From an uncultured Gemmatimonadales bacterium (GTDB taxonomy: Bacteria > Gemmatimonadota > Gemmatimonadetes > Gemmatimonadales > GWC2-71-9), in NCBI GenBank assembly GCA_963730185.1, contig CAVSQW010000009.1, positions 96,001-160,000 on the forward strand: DNA of 64,000 nt, in the 5' to 3' direction. The notes under the pieces are model-generated. The model was not told the origin of the DNA, made no database searches, and saw nothing but the letters and a program-made list of their open reading frames with translations. Made by a program: the position numbers and the translations under genes. Position 1 is the stretch's first letter. Each line of letters opens with the position of its first letter. This document shows positions 29,200-39,466 of this stretch, piece after piece.

Positions 29200-30528
29200 A
29201 TGCGACTCTCGACTCCGCTCCTCCTCCTGACCGCGCTGACCTTGAGCGGCCGGGTCGGTCAGGCGCAATCCAAGACCGACGCCACCGAGCGGCGCATCGT
29301 CAAGGCGGTCGACGCCGACAGCGCCCGGGCCGTGGCCCTGCTCGAGCGGGTGGTCAACATCAACAGCGGGACGATGAACTTCGACGGCGTGCGTCAGGTC
29401 GGCGCCGTCTTCCGAGCCGAGCTCGACGGGCTCGGCTTCCGCACCAAGTGGATCGACGGCGCCGGGTTCGGCCGGGCCGGCCACCTGGTGGCCGAACACC
29501 CCGGCCACGGGACCAAGCTGCTCCTGATCGGTCACCTCGATACGGTATTCGAGAAGGACAGTCCGTTCCAGCGTTTCGAGCGGGTCGATGCCACCCACGC
29601 CCGCGGCCCCGGCATCATCGACATGAAGGGTGGCGACGTGATCATGATCCAGGCCCTCAAAGCGCTCAAGGCCGCGGGGGTCCTGGACGGGCTCGACGTC
29701 ACGATCGTGATGACCGGCGACGAGGAGAAGTCGGGCGACCCGCTGCTCGTCGCCCGCCAGGCGCTGATCGACGCCGCCCGGCGGGCCGACGTCGCGATCG
29801 GCTTCGAGGACGGCCCGGGCGATCCGGCCCGGGCGGTGGTCGCCCGGCGCGGGTATACCGGATGGGCGCTGACCGTGACCGGAACGCCGGCGCATTCGTC
29901 GCAGATCTTCCGGGAGGACATCGGCCCGGGCGCGATCTTCGAGACGGCCCGGGTCCTCGAGGCGTTCCGGACCAGGCTGGCGGGCGAGCAGTACCTGACC
30001 TTCAACCCCGGCGTGGCGCTGGGGGGCACGGCCGTCGGGCTCGATTCCACCGACGATCGGGGGACGGCCTCCGGCAAGGCCAACGTGGTGGCCGAGCACA
30101 TGGCGGTGACGGGCGATCTCCGGACCCTGTCCGCCGATCAGCTGGCTCGGACCAAGGCGACCATGCAATCCATCGTCGACGCGTCCCTCCCCCACACCCA
30201 CTCGACGATCGAGTTCCGAGACGGCTACCCGCCGCTCGCTCCGGCCAAAGGCAACCTCGAGCTGCTGTCGCTCTACGACCAGGTGAGCCGAGACCTGGGG
30301 TTCGAGGCGGTCCGGGCGACCGATCCGAGCGCGGCGGGCGCCGCGGACGTGTCCTTCACGGCCGGCCTGGTGTCGATGGCGATCGATGGTGTCGGCCTGG
30401 CCGGCTCCGACGATCACACGGAGAAGGAGACGGCCGATCTGTCCACCCTGCCGAGGCTCACCAAGCGGGCGGCCGTGCTGTTCTATCGACTGGGGCGGCG
30501 CCAGGTGGCCGGCCAGACGGGCGGCTGA
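29200..30528 (+). CDS. Secreted M20 metallopeptidase (carboxypeptidase G2-like)
   Basis: Signal peptide; GHLDTV, DMKGG, GDEE. Confidence 0.9.
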   Translation: MRLSTPLLLLTALTLSGRVGQAQSKTDATERRIVKAVDADSARAVALLERVVNINSGTMNFDGVRQVGAVFRAELDGLGFRTKWIDGAGFGRAGHLVAEHPGHGTKLLLIGHLDTVFEKDSPFQRFERVDATHARGPGIIDMKGGDVIMIQALKALKAAGVLDGLDVTIVMTGDEEKSGDPLLVARQALIDAARRADVAIGFEDGPGDPARAVVARRGYTGWALTVTGTPAHSSQIFREDIGPGAIFETARVLEAFRTRLAGEQYLTFNPGVALGGTAVGLDSTDDRGTASGKANVVAEHMAVTGDLRTLSADQLARTKATMQSIVDASLPHTHSTIEFRDGYPPLAPAKGNLELLSLYDQVSRDLGFEAVRATDPSAAGAADVSFTAGLVSMAIDGVGLAGSDDHTEKETADLSTLPRLTKRAAVLFYRLGRRQVAGQTGG

Positions 30529-30540
30529 CCGTTCGGTGGG

Positions 30541-32940
30541 TCAGCCGGCTCGGAGCGCCTCGATCGGGTCCACCCGACCAGCCCGGCGCGCCGGGAGCCA
30601 ACAGGCCGCGAGGACCGTGACCGCCATGACCAGGGATCCGGCGACATAGACCGCCGGCTCCCGGGGACTGACGCCGAACACCAGGCTCTGGAGCAGGCGG
30701 CCGAATCCCAGGGCGAGGGCGACCCCGAACACCTGCCCTCCCACTACCAGCACCAGCCCCTCGCGTCCCAAGAGTCCTTCGATATCCCGGCGGTCGGCGC
30801 CGACCGCTCGCCGAATGGCGATCTCCTGGCGCCGCTGGGCGACGGTGTAGCTCAGGACGCCGTGCACGCCGAGCACCGCCAACAGGAGCGCCAGGATCCC
30901 GAAACCGGCCAGGAGCCAGGCTCGGAGCCGAGGGGTGGCGATGGAGTCGGAGCGGATCGAGGCCATGGTGGTGACCCGACCGATCGGCAGATCGGGCGCC
31001 ACCGACCGGAGCGCCTGTCGCATCGGGCCGAGGACCGAGCCGGGGGTGCTGCTGGCGGCGACGACCCACATGCCTTCTCCGGCCGGCAGCTGGTTCCAGG
31101 GGTAGTAGAAGCCGGGCCGGCCGGGTTGATCGAGCTTGGTTCGGACGTCGGCGACGACCCCTACCACCGTCAGGTACTCGTCCTGCCACGATCGGCGCAT
31201 CCGCTTGCCAACCGCTTCGGCGGTGCCGCCCCAGAGGATCTTGGCCAGCGCCTGGTTGACGACGACGGAGTGGGCTCCCGCCCGAAAGTCATCGTCGGTG
31301 AAGTCCCGGCCGACGATGATGGGAATCCGGGTCGTCTCGAAGTAGCGCGGGCCGACGGCCCGGTTGTCCGGGAACATCTCCCGAATCGGATCCTGCCCCT
31401 CAGCCGCTACCATCTGGTTGTAGGCGACCCCCGCCAGGGGCAAGGTGCGATCGAGGGTGACGGCCCGGACGCCCGGCAACAGGCTCACCTGGTCAAGCAC
31501 GCGGTCAAAGAACCGCACTTTGGCGGCGGAGTCGGCGTACGGTGACTGATCCCCGCTGGGCAGCACCAACTCGGCCACGGCCAGCGAATCGGTTTCCATG
31601 CCGTTGTTGACGGCGTCGAGCCGCCGGAGGCTGGTCATGACCAGGAGCGCGACGATCAGCGTCGCGAGCGACAGGGCATACTGAGGCACGACCAGGAGCG
31701 AGGTCCGCCGCCGGCGGGTGCTCCCGGCGCCCAAGGTCCGCTCGGAACGCAGGGCGTCGTAAGGCTCGACTCGGGCCGCGCGCAGGGCCGGGGCGAGACC
31801 GAAGCCCAGGCCGGCCAGAAGCCCGATCGCCGCGGTAAAGGTTACCACCCGCCAATCGAGGCTCACGCCACCGGAGTGCAGCAGGGTGTCGGGGAGGACC
31901 CGGTTCAGGACGCCCTGGGTCAGCCACGCGAGGGCGAGGCCCAGGCCGGCTCCGCCCAGGCCGAGGAGCGTGGTCTCGGTAAGGGTCTGGCGGACCAGGC
32001 GTCGACCGTCGGCGCCCACGGCCCGGCGCACCGCCAGTTCGCGGGCACGCCCGACCGCCTGCGCGAGCAGGAGGCACGCGAGATTCACGAGGGCGATGAG
32101 CAGCACCAGGGCGACGCTGCTCGAGAGCAGCAGCACGGTGGCCCGGGTGTCGCCGACCAAGTCGTGGTGGAGGTCGGTCAAACGGAAGTCGAAGAACTCG
32201 CCGACCTCGGGATACTCCCGCCGGATGCCCAGCGCCACGCCGGTCACCTCAGCCTGAGCGGCGCCCGGGCTGATCCCGGCCGCGAGGCGTCCGATGCCGG
32301 CCAGATTGTGCGAGGTGCGACTACCGCCCGCCGGCAGCGCTCCGTCGTTGACCCAGACCTGGGCGCCCTCCGGGAACTGGAAGCCCGGCGGCATGACGCC
32401 GACCACCCGGGTGGGGTGGCCGAACGCCACGAGGGTCTTGCCGATCACGTCGCGATCGCCGCCGAAGTAGCTCTGCCAGAATCCGTAGCTGAGAACGGAG
32501 GCGGCCGGTCCACCTTTGGCGATTTCGTCTTCGGCAAAGGTGCGTCCGAGCAGCGGATCGTGGCCCAAGACCTCGAAGAAGTGGCCCCCGACGATCTCGA
32601 CGTCGGCCAGGATCGGCGTGGCGCCACCGCTGAGGGGGGCGGAGCCGCCCCGATAGTGAGCCACCGCCGAAAAGGCGCGCGACTCGCGGGCCAGGTCGTC
32701 GAAGTTCGGGTCGGTCAGTCGGGAGGCTGGACCGGTCTGCCGGGTCTGTTCCTCGATGGTGACCAGCCGATCGGGATCGGGATACGGCAGCGGCCTGAGG
32801 AGGACGGCGTCGAGGACGCTGAACATCGCCGCGTTGAGGCCGATACCCAGCCCCAGCGTCAGCAGGAGGGTCAGGGCGAGCCGCGGGCGGCGGCGGAAGG
32901 ACCGGAAGGCGAACGTCAGATCCCGGAAGAGCGATTCCAT
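30541..32940 (-). CDS. ADOP/MacB-like duplicated ABC permease
   Basis: Two MacB/FtsX repeats: LRPLPYPDPDRLV, RELAVRRAVGA, QEIAIRRAVGA, PARRAGRVDP. Confidence 0.92.
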   Translation of the reverse strand: MESLFRDLTFAFRSFRRRPRLALTLLLTLGLGIGLNAAMFSVLDAVLLRPLPYPDPDRLVTIEEQTRQTGPASRLTDPNFDDLARESRAFSAVAHYRGGSAPLSGGATPILADVEIVGGHFFEVLGHDPLLGRTFAEDEIAKGGPAASVLSYGFWQSYFGGDRDVIGKTLVAFGHPTRVVGVMPPGFQFPEGAQVWVNDGALPAGGSRTSHNLAGIGRLAAGISPGAAQAEVTGVALGIRREYPEVGEFFDFRLTDLHHDLVGDTRATVLLLSSSVALVLLIALVNLACLLLAQAVGRARELAVRRAVGADGRRLVRQTLTETTLLGLGGAGLGLALAWLTQGVLNRVLPDTLLHSGGVSLDWRVVTFTAAIGLLAGLGFGLAPALRAARVEPYDALRSERTLGAGSTRRRRTSLLVVPQYALSLATLIVALLVMTSLRRLDAVNNGMETDSLAVAELVLPSGDQSPYADSAAKVRFFDRVLDQVSLLPGVRAVTLDRTLPLAGVAYNQMVAAEGQDPIREMFPDNRAVGPRYFETTRIPIIVGRDFTDDDFRAGAHSVVVNQALAKILWGGTAEAVGKRMRRSWQDEYLTVVGVVADVRTKLDQPGRPGFYYPWNQLPAGEGMWVVAASSTPGSVLGPMRQALRSVAPDLPIGRVTTMASIRSDSIATPRLRAWLLAGFGILALLLAVLGVHGVLSYTVAQRRQEIAIRRAVGADRRDIEGLLGREGLVLVVGGQVFGVALALGFGRLLQSLVFGVSPREPAVYVAGSLVMAVTVLAACWLPARRAGRVDPIEALRAG

Positions 32941-33111
32941 GGGTCCGTGTCTCCGTCGATGTGGCGCCGGCCGGGGCTCGGATCGACCGCCATGGTCTGG
33001 GGGACTCCTGGGTGGATAGACACGGCCCAGTCCCCGACCGTTGCCCGGGCCGACCTTGCCCGGGTGGCCCGAGCGCCGGTAGAGTACCGACAACCACCCC
33101 AGGAACAATTC

Positions 33112-34551
33112 ATGGCGACACCCCGGCTGCCGCTCGCTCTGGCGCTGCTCTTCGTGGTCCTCGCGGGGACCCTGCTGGCCCAAACTACCCCGACGGAGCG
33201 GGCCGCCGCAGGTGACGTCCTGACCGCGATCGACACCCTGGAAGCGAAGCTGGCCCCCGCCCGGCTCGCCCAGCGCCTGGTGTCCTCGAAGCACGGTGAC
33301 CGGGAGACGGTCCTGGCCCAGGTCGGGGCGCTTTGGGACGGGCAGATGCAGGATCTCGCCGACTGGATCGGTCACCACCCCGAAGTGGGTTGGAAAGAGG
33401 TCCAGGCGGTCGACACCCTCACCAAGCTGCTGGGGGCCGCGGGGTTCGCGGTCGAGACCAAGGTGGCCGATCTGGCGACGGCCTTCGTCGCGACCTGGAC
33501 CTCACCCGCCGGGAGCGGACCGACGCTCGGCCTGATCGCGGAGTACGACGCGCTCCGGGACACCGAAGGCCCGTTCCACGGCGACCAGCACAACGCCCAG
33601 AGCCCGGTCGCGCTGGCGGCCGCGCTCGCGCTCAAGGACTACATGACGTCCCACCGGATGCCGGGAACCCTCCGGGTGTTCGGCACACCGGCGGAGGAGG
33701 TGGGCCCGCCCGCGAAGAAGATCATGCGAGATGCCGGGGTGTTCAAAGGCACCGACTTGATCGTCCGGAGCCACTCCTCCACGTCGACCGACCGCTCGCG
33801 GGCGGGATTCGGGATCTGCTGCCTGAATATCAACGAGGTGAAGTACACCTTCACCGGACGGCCGTCCCATCAGCTCACCTCCTGGAACGGCCGGAACGCG
33901 CTCGAGGCCGCGGTGCGGTTCTACAGCTCGGTCGACGGTCTGCGATCGACGTTCCGGCCGGAAGCGTCGATCCAAGGCGTCATCCCGGAAGGCGGGATCG
34001 CGCCGAACGTGGTGCCGGCCCGGACGGTGGTCGATTACTACATTCGCTATCCCGACGGCGTCTATCTCGAACACATTACCAAGATGATGGACGACGCGGC
34101 CCAGGGGGCCGCCCTGGCGACGGGGACCGAGGTGAAGATCGATCGCTACGGCGAGTATCGGGATGGGATCACCCTGGGAACTCTCGAGGAGCTGAGCTTC
34201 GCCTACGCCAAAGCGCTCGGGGCGACCCAGGTAGAGCCGGAGGTCCAGCGACCGGCCGGCTACGAGGAAACCGGGGGAATGTCACGCGACGTTCCCGGGG
34301 TCTCCGTCAGCGTGTTCAGCTCGCGCGGGAGCTACCACACCCGGGAGATGCTGGCCGATACCTTCAGCCCGGTCGGACACGCCGGCTTCCGGATCGACGC
34401 CCAGGTCATGGCCGCGATCCTGTTCGACTACCTGACGGACGCGCCCTTCCGGCAGGCCGTTGCCACCGAGCACCGGACCCTCAACACCCTGTTCGATCGG
34501 TACCAGCAGGGTCTGCAGGCGGCCTACGCGCCCGAGGTCGGGACGCCCTGA
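33112..34551 (+). CDS. Secreted M20D-like amidohydrolase (divergent)
   Basis: HPEVGWKE, EYDAL, HGDQHN, GTPAEE, GRNALEA, PNVVP. Confidence 0.85.
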   Translation: MATPRLPLALALLFVVLAGTLLAQTTPTERAAAGDVLTAIDTLEAKLAPARLAQRLVSSKHGDRETVLAQVGALWDGQMQDLADWIGHHPEVGWKEVQAVDTLTKLLGAAGFAVETKVADLATAFVATWTSPAGSGPTLGLIAEYDALRDTEGPFHGDQHNAQSPVALAAALALKDYMTSHRMPGTLRVFGTPAEEVGPPAKKIMRDAGVFKGTDLIVRSHSSTSTDRSRAGFGICCLNINEVKYTFTGRPSHQLTSWNGRNALEAAVRFYSSVDGLRSTFRPEASIQGVIPEGGIAPNVVPARTVVDYYIRYPDGVYLEHITKMMDDAAQGAALATGTEVKIDRYGEYRDGITLGTLEELSFAYAKALGATQVEPEVQRPAGYEETGGMSRDVPGVSVSVFSSRGSYHTREMLADTFSPVGHAGFRIDAQVMAAILFDYLTDAPFRQAVATEHRTLNTLFDRYQQGLQAAYAPEVGTP

Positions 34552-34566
34552 GGGGGGCGCTCCGGG

Positions 34567-34863
34567 TCAGCCGCCGATCGGCTCGAGCCTCCGGTCCTTC
34601 CAGTGCCACCACTGGAGCAGGGCCGGCACATGGCGTTTCCGGGAGGCGAAGTAGACCGCGCAGCGAAACACGTAGAGGACGCAGGGATCCTGCCGAGTCC
34701 CGGTCAGGTGGCAGAGTCGCTGGTACATCTCCTCGGGGTCGGCGGTGGCGAGGTCCCTCACCCGGTGGAAGCCCAGCCGCCGGAGGTCCCGCGCCAGGCT
34801 GGGTCCGATGCCCGGGATCCGTTGGAGCTCGTCCTTGGTGGACCGGCGAGATGAGGCAGGCAC
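34567..34863 (-). CDS. Helix-hairpin-helix Cdd1/mitomycin-resistance family protein
   Basis: IPGIGPS..LRRLG..DPEEMYQRLC..QDPCVLYVFRCAV..WWHWKD. Confidence 0.82.
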   Translation of the reverse strand: MPASSRRSTKDELQRIPGIGPSLARDLRRLGFHRVRDLATADPEEMYQRLCHLTGTRQDPCVLYVFRCAVYFASRKRHVPALLQWWHWKDRRLEPIGG

Positions 34864-34879
34864 GTTCGGATCCTCCAGC

Positions 34880-35803
34880 TCAGTAAATTCCCAGGTCGGT
34901 CGAGCTCCGGATCTCTCCCTGGTACCCGGCGGCCCGAATCTCGTCGATCAGCTCCTGATCCGTCACCCCCATGTTGAGCTGGTGATAGAGGAGGAGCAGG
35001 TTCGGGTGCGCCCGAGTGGCGATCCGAGCCAGGTCGACGGTCGAGGTGTGCGAGCCCCGATGGTACTTCTGCCACTCGGGTGTCCGCTTCTCGAGGCCTT
35101 TGGCCGAGTAGACCTCGTGGAGCAGAACGTCGCAGCCGTTGCAGGCATCGGCGAGGGCATCGGTGCCGCGGGTGTCGCCGGAGACGACGATGGTCCGGTC
35201 TCGGGTGACGAACCGGTAGCCGAAGGCGTGCTCCCAGTTGGTGTGAGGCACCGGAATTGCCGTGACGGTGACGGTCGAGTCGCGGTACACCACGCCCGGC
35301 TTCACCTCGGTCGCCTCGACCCTCCAGCCGGCCGTGTGGGGCTGATCTCCCTCGGTCCGAATCCGGATGTCTTCCTTCCAAGCCTCGGTCAGGTGCTGAG
35401 CCATCTCGCGGATCCCGGGCGGCCCGTAGACCCGGAGCGGTCCCGGTCGGTCGGCCACCCAGCCGGTATGGATCAGGTCTGGAAGTCCGATGGTGTGGTC
35501 GGAATGGAGATGGGTGATGAAGACCAGGTCGAGCCGATCGGCCCGAAGCCCGGCCATCTGGTACTTCTCTCGGGCGGCCTCGGCTCGGCGCATGAGGCCG
35601 GCGCCGGCGTCGACCAGGTAGGCCCGTCCACCGGCCACGATCGCCACCGCCGGCCCGGAGCGCTCGGGATCCGGGTTCGGGGTGCCGGATCCGAGCATCA
35701 CGATCCGGGTGGGTGGCTGGGATGCCAGGCACGACGGCGCCAGCGCCGCCACCCCGGTGAGATATCCCGCGAGAACGAGCGCCCGAAGCCCCGGGCCTCT
35801 CAT
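34880..35803 (-). CDS. MBL-fold metallohydrolase (RNase Z/AtsA-like), signal peptide
   Basis: LGSGTP, VDAG, THLHSDH, SGDT, HTS. Confidence 0.88.
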   Translation of the reverse strand: MRGPGLRALVLAGYLTGVAALAPSCLASQPPTRIVMLGSGTPNPDPERSGPAVAIVAGGRAYLVDAGAGLMRRAEAAREKYQMAGLRADRLDLVFITHLHSDHTIGLPDLIHTGWVADRPGPLRVYGPPGIREMAQHLTEAWKEDIRIRTEGDQPHTAGWRVEATEVKPGVVYRDSTVTVTAIPVPHTNWEHAFGYRFVTRDRTIVVSGDTRGTDALADACNGCDVLLHEVYSAKGLEKRTPEWQKYHRGSHTSTVDLARIATRAHPNLLLLYHQLNMGVTDQELIDEIRAAGYQGEIRSSTDLGIY

Positions 35804-37788
35804 GGCTGCCCTCCGAAGTGGTCCTGGAACCAGGCCACCCAGCGGCGGTACACGTCGCGGACGTGGACCGGATCGCTCGGGAAGTGCCCCATCACGGGGT
35901 AGGCCACGAACTCTACCGGAACGCCCCGGTCGCGGAGGGCGTGGTAGAGCTTGAACGACTCGACGATCGGAACTCGATAGTCGCCGACGTCGGAGAGGAT
36001 CAGCGTCGGGGTCTTCATCCGATCGGCGTAGGTGATGGGCGACTGCTTCCGAACCATCTCCTGCCACGGTGGGAGCCAGACCGAGCCGCCCCACCCACCG
36101 CCGAAGGTGACGTTGATGTCCGAGAGGTCGTACTGATCGGCGTAATCGGTTACGGCCGCCCCGGCGACGGCCGCCTTCCAGACGTCGTAGTGGCCGATCA
36201 GCCAGGTGGTCATGTAGCCGCCATACGACCAGCCGGACACGCCGATCCGGCTCTCGTCCACGATCCCCCGCTTCTCGAGCATCGCCACCCCGGCCATGAC
36301 GTCCTTGCCCGGACCGTCGCCGGCGTCGCCGATGATGGCGCTTTGGTAGGCGTTGCCGCGGTTGTCACTGCCCCGGTAGTTGGGTTGGAACACCAGCCAC
36401 CCCTGGGCCGCCAACAATTGCGGCTGGGCGCTGAAGCCCGTGGTGGAGGCCCCCATCGGGCCACCGTGGATGGACAGCACGAGCGGGTATTTCTTGTTGG
36501 GGTCGAAGCCGGGCGGGTAGAACAAGGCCCCGTCGGCGCGGAACCCATTGCCGACCTCCCACTCGATGCCTTCGGCCCGGCCCAGGCCCAGGGCCGCGAC
36601 CGACGCATTCAGGTCAGTCAAGCGGCGGGGCGCGGCCCCGGGTCCGGTCAGGTAGTAGAGCTCCTCGGGCCGGGTCGGGCTGGTGGCGACGAACGCCAGA
36701 GTGCCCCCGGCCCCGGCGGAAAGCTCGCTCGGCTGAAGGTCGCCCAGGTCGAGATGGGTGGGCGCGCCGTCGAGGGGCTGGATCCAGATCGACGTCCGCG
36801 TTCCATCATTGGCCGAGAGGACCAGGTTCCGTCCGTCCGGGGTCCACTCGGCGCCGTAGAAGGTCCGGTCGATCGCCGAGGTGGCATTTCGCTCCGGGCC
36901 ACCGGCCGGGCTCATCACGAAGATCGAATGGCTGGCGAACCAGGGGGCGGGCCCGCGGGGGCGCGAGAAGGCGATGAGGTCGCCGCGGGGCGAGAATGAG
37001 GGGCCCATCCCGATGCCGGACGACACGGTGCGCACCGATCCGGAGGCCACGTCGACGGCGCGAATCACGCTGGTGCGGAAGTCGCCGGTGTGGGCGGTTT
37101 CCTGGGCGGCGAAGGCGATGGTCTTTCCGTCCGGACCGAACGCGATGGGCGAGGTGCCGTCCGACTTGGTGAGGCTCCACGCTCCACTGGTCAGGCGTCG
37201 GGCATCGCCACCGTCGGCCGGGACCAGCCAGAGATGCACGGGCAGCGCGGCTTCCCGGGTCAGGAAGGAATCGTCGCCGACCTCGAAGGACCGGTTGTGC
37301 TTCTCCTCGCCGGTCTTCTTCTCGGGCTCGTCCTCGGTGGCGTACGCGATGCTCTTGCCGTCGGGACTCCAGGCGTACTGGGCCACGCCGCGGGGCGCAT
37401 GGGTGACGCAGTGCGCGTCGCCGCCCGCCATCGGGAGGATGCAGACTTGAGGGGCCAGGTCGTCGCCCTCGCCGACCTGGTCGACGAAGGCGATCCGGTC
37501 TCCGCTCGGCGACCAGCGGGGCGCGGCCACGGCCCAGCGGCCGTGGGTGAGCGCCCGACTCGTCCCGGAGGCCACGTCCACCAGGACCAGTTGGCCGGCG
37601 AAGTGATTGGCGTCGTAGTCCGGTCGCGACTCGACCACGGCGATACTCCGCCCGTCCGGGCTCAGTTGGGGCGACTGGAGGTTGACGAGCTGCCGGAGCG
37701 CTTCGAGGTCGAAGTGTCCCTGGGCCGCGGCCGGCGAGGCGGTGGCAGCGGCGAGCGCGGTCAGCGCCAGTACGCGGAGCCGGTTCAT
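35800..37788 (-). CDS. S9 family serine peptidase, secreted
   Basis: Beta-propeller repeats; IHGGP, NYRGS, GWSYGG, DYRVP, GH. Confidence 0.93.
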   Translation of the reverse strand: MNRLRVLALTALAAATASPAAAQGHFDLEALRQLVNLQSPQLSPDGRSIAVVESRPDYDANHFAGQLVLVDVASGTSRALTHGRWAVAAPRWSPSGDRIAFVDQVGEGDDLAPQVCILPMAGGDAHCVTHAPRGVAQYAWSPDGKSIAYATEDEPEKKTGEEKHNRSFEVGDDSFLTREAALPVHLWLVPADGGDARRLTSGAWSLTKSDGTSPIAFGPDGKTIAFAAQETAHTGDFRTSVIRAVDVASGSVRTVSSGIGMGPSFSPRGDLIAFSRPRGPAPWFASHSIFVMSPAGGPERNATSAIDRTFYGAEWTPDGRNLVLSANDGTRTSIWIQPLDGAPTHLDLGDLQPSELSAGAGGTLAFVATSPTRPEELYYLTGPGAAPRRLTDLNASVAALGLGRAEGIEWEVGNGFRADGALFYPPGFDPNKKYPLVLSIHGGPMGASTTGFSAQPQLLAAQGWLVFQPNYRGSDNRGNAYQSAIIGDAGDGPGKDVMAGVAMLEKRGIVDESRIGVSGWSYGGYMTTWLIGHYDVWKAAVAGAAVTDYADQYDLSDINVTFGGGWGGSVWLPPWQEMVRKQSPITYADRMKTPTLILSDVGDYRVPIVESFKLYHALRDRGVPVEFVAYPVMGHFPSDPVHVRDVYRRWVAWFQDHFGGQP

Positions 37789-39302
37789 CGGGCCCCCCGC
37801 TCGGCTCGGGCCTTCGCCACCATGTCCTTCACTTCGGCCATGAGGCGGGGGCCGTTGTAGGGAATCCCATCCTTGATGGTCCAGATCACGCCGCCGGTGT
37901 GGACTTCTTTGCCGTCACGAATGGTGGTGGTCCCGGTGGGGTAGAGCACCTTGAGATCCTCCAGCGGATTGCCGTCGACCACGATCAGGTCGGCGAGGTA
38001 ACCGGGCCGCACCCGGCCGAGTTGATCGGCCTGGCCCAGGATGAAGGCGTTGTTGCCGGTCGCATGCTGAATGACCTTGATCGGGTGGAACCCGGCTTCC
38101 TGCTGGAGCTCCATCTCCCGGATTACCCCGAAGCCGTACATCTGGTAGATGAACCCGGCGTCCTCGCCGACCCCGATGACGCCGCCCATCCGCCCGAAAT
38201 CGCGGAGCGCCGCCATCCAGATCCGGTAGTTCTCCTTCCAGAACGCCTCGTCGGTGGAGCTCCACCCGATGAAATAGGAGCCGTGGTTGGCTGGGTTGGG
38301 TCGGAAGTACTCCTCGAGGGTGGGGTGGAGGTAGTCCTTGAACCAGGGTTGGGTCTGGGCCCGCTGAAGATCCCGGCTGGCCTCGTAGATCACCAGGGTC
38401 GGGTCCCAGGCCACGTGATGATCCACCATGGCCTTCAGCACGTCGTGCAGGCGGGAGGGATCGGCCTCGCGCCAGATCCGGCCGGCGTAGCGAAAGCGGT
38501 CCACCTCGTTGGCGTAGTTGTAGGTGGAGGGAAAGTTCTGCACCCCGTCGAGGAAGGCGGCGTCCGGGATACCGTACCAATGCTCGATGCTGGTGGTTCC
38601 GAAGGCGATGTCGTCCCAGGCATTGGTTTCCTCGACCCCCACGTGGTGCGCCACCGGAAGGCCCGCCTTGTGAGCTTCGTCCTCCATGGCCTGCATGATG
38701 TCCCGATCGAGCCCGACGATCTTGAGCCCGTCGACGCCGGCCGCCTTGAGGTCGCGAACTCGGGCTCGGGCCTCTTCCGGCGTTCGGGGGGCGGGCGGAT
38801 GGCTGAAGCCGGCGTAGACGAACAGTCGTGGGGCCTCGATCTGGCCGGCCGCGCTCTGGGCTCTGAGGCCGATGAACTCCCGCGCGTCACCGCCCGCGCT
38901 CACGTCGCGGACGGTGGTGATCCCCGAGGCGAGCCAGAGCTTGAACTGGTAGGCATACGGCTGGGGCAGGCCACCTCGCTCGTTCTGGAGATGGGCGTGA
39001 AGGTTGATGAGCCCGGGCAGCACGTACTTGCCGGTGGCGTCGATCTCGGCGTCGGCGGCCGGGTGTCGGGCCCGTCCGGCCTTGAGGGCGACCGGGTCGA
39101 GGGGGACCATCTCGACGATCCGGTTCCCCTCGATCACGATGTCGAACGGCCCTTCAGCGGGGGTGCCGTTGCCGGCGACCACGATCGCGTTCCGGATGGC
39201 GAGGCGACCGCTGGGGCGTTGCCCGGATTGGACGCCGTGGGTGTCCTGGGCTGCGAGCGACGGCGTCAGGGCGAGCAGACAGAGAACGAGCAGGCGGTTC
39301 AT
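37785..39302 (-). CDS. Secreted metal-dependent amidohydrolase
   Basis: PGLINLHAH, GITTVRD, SIEHWYG, ADLIVVDGNPL. Confidence 0.9.
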   Translation of the reverse strand: MNRLLVLCLLALTPSLAAQDTHGVQSGQRPSGRLAIRNAIVVAGNGTPAEGPFDIVIEGNRIVEMVPLDPVALKAGRARHPAADAEIDATGKYVLPGLINLHAHLQNERGGLPQPYAYQFKLWLASGITTVRDVSAGGDAREFIGLRAQSAAGQIEAPRLFVYAGFSHPPAPRTPEEARARVRDLKAAGVDGLKIVGLDRDIMQAMEDEAHKAGLPVAHHVGVEETNAWDDIAFGTTSIEHWYGIPDAAFLDGVQNFPSTYNYANEVDRFRYAGRIWREADPSRLHDVLKAMVDHHVAWDPTLVIYEASRDLQRAQTQPWFKDYLHPTLEEYFRPNPANHGSYFIGWSSTDEAFWKENYRIWMAALRDFGRMGGVIGVGEDAGFIYQMYGFGVIREMELQQEAGFHPIKVIQHATGNNAFILGQADQLGRVRPGYLADLIVVDGNPLEDLKVLYPTGTTTIRDGKEVHTGGVIWTIKDGIPYNGPRLMAEVKDMVAKARAERGAR

Positions 39303-39466
39303 GGGCTTTCGGCTGGGTGAGGATCTGGCGCGGACGATCGCGCCGCTCCTCAAGTTACCGGCGCCCTCGGCCGAGGGCGAGTCGGGGCCCGACGGGAGGA
39401 GCCGTCTCGATCGGCCGGCCTGTCGGGGTCAGCCGTTGGAGCCGGCGGTCGCGGCGTCGACGACGT

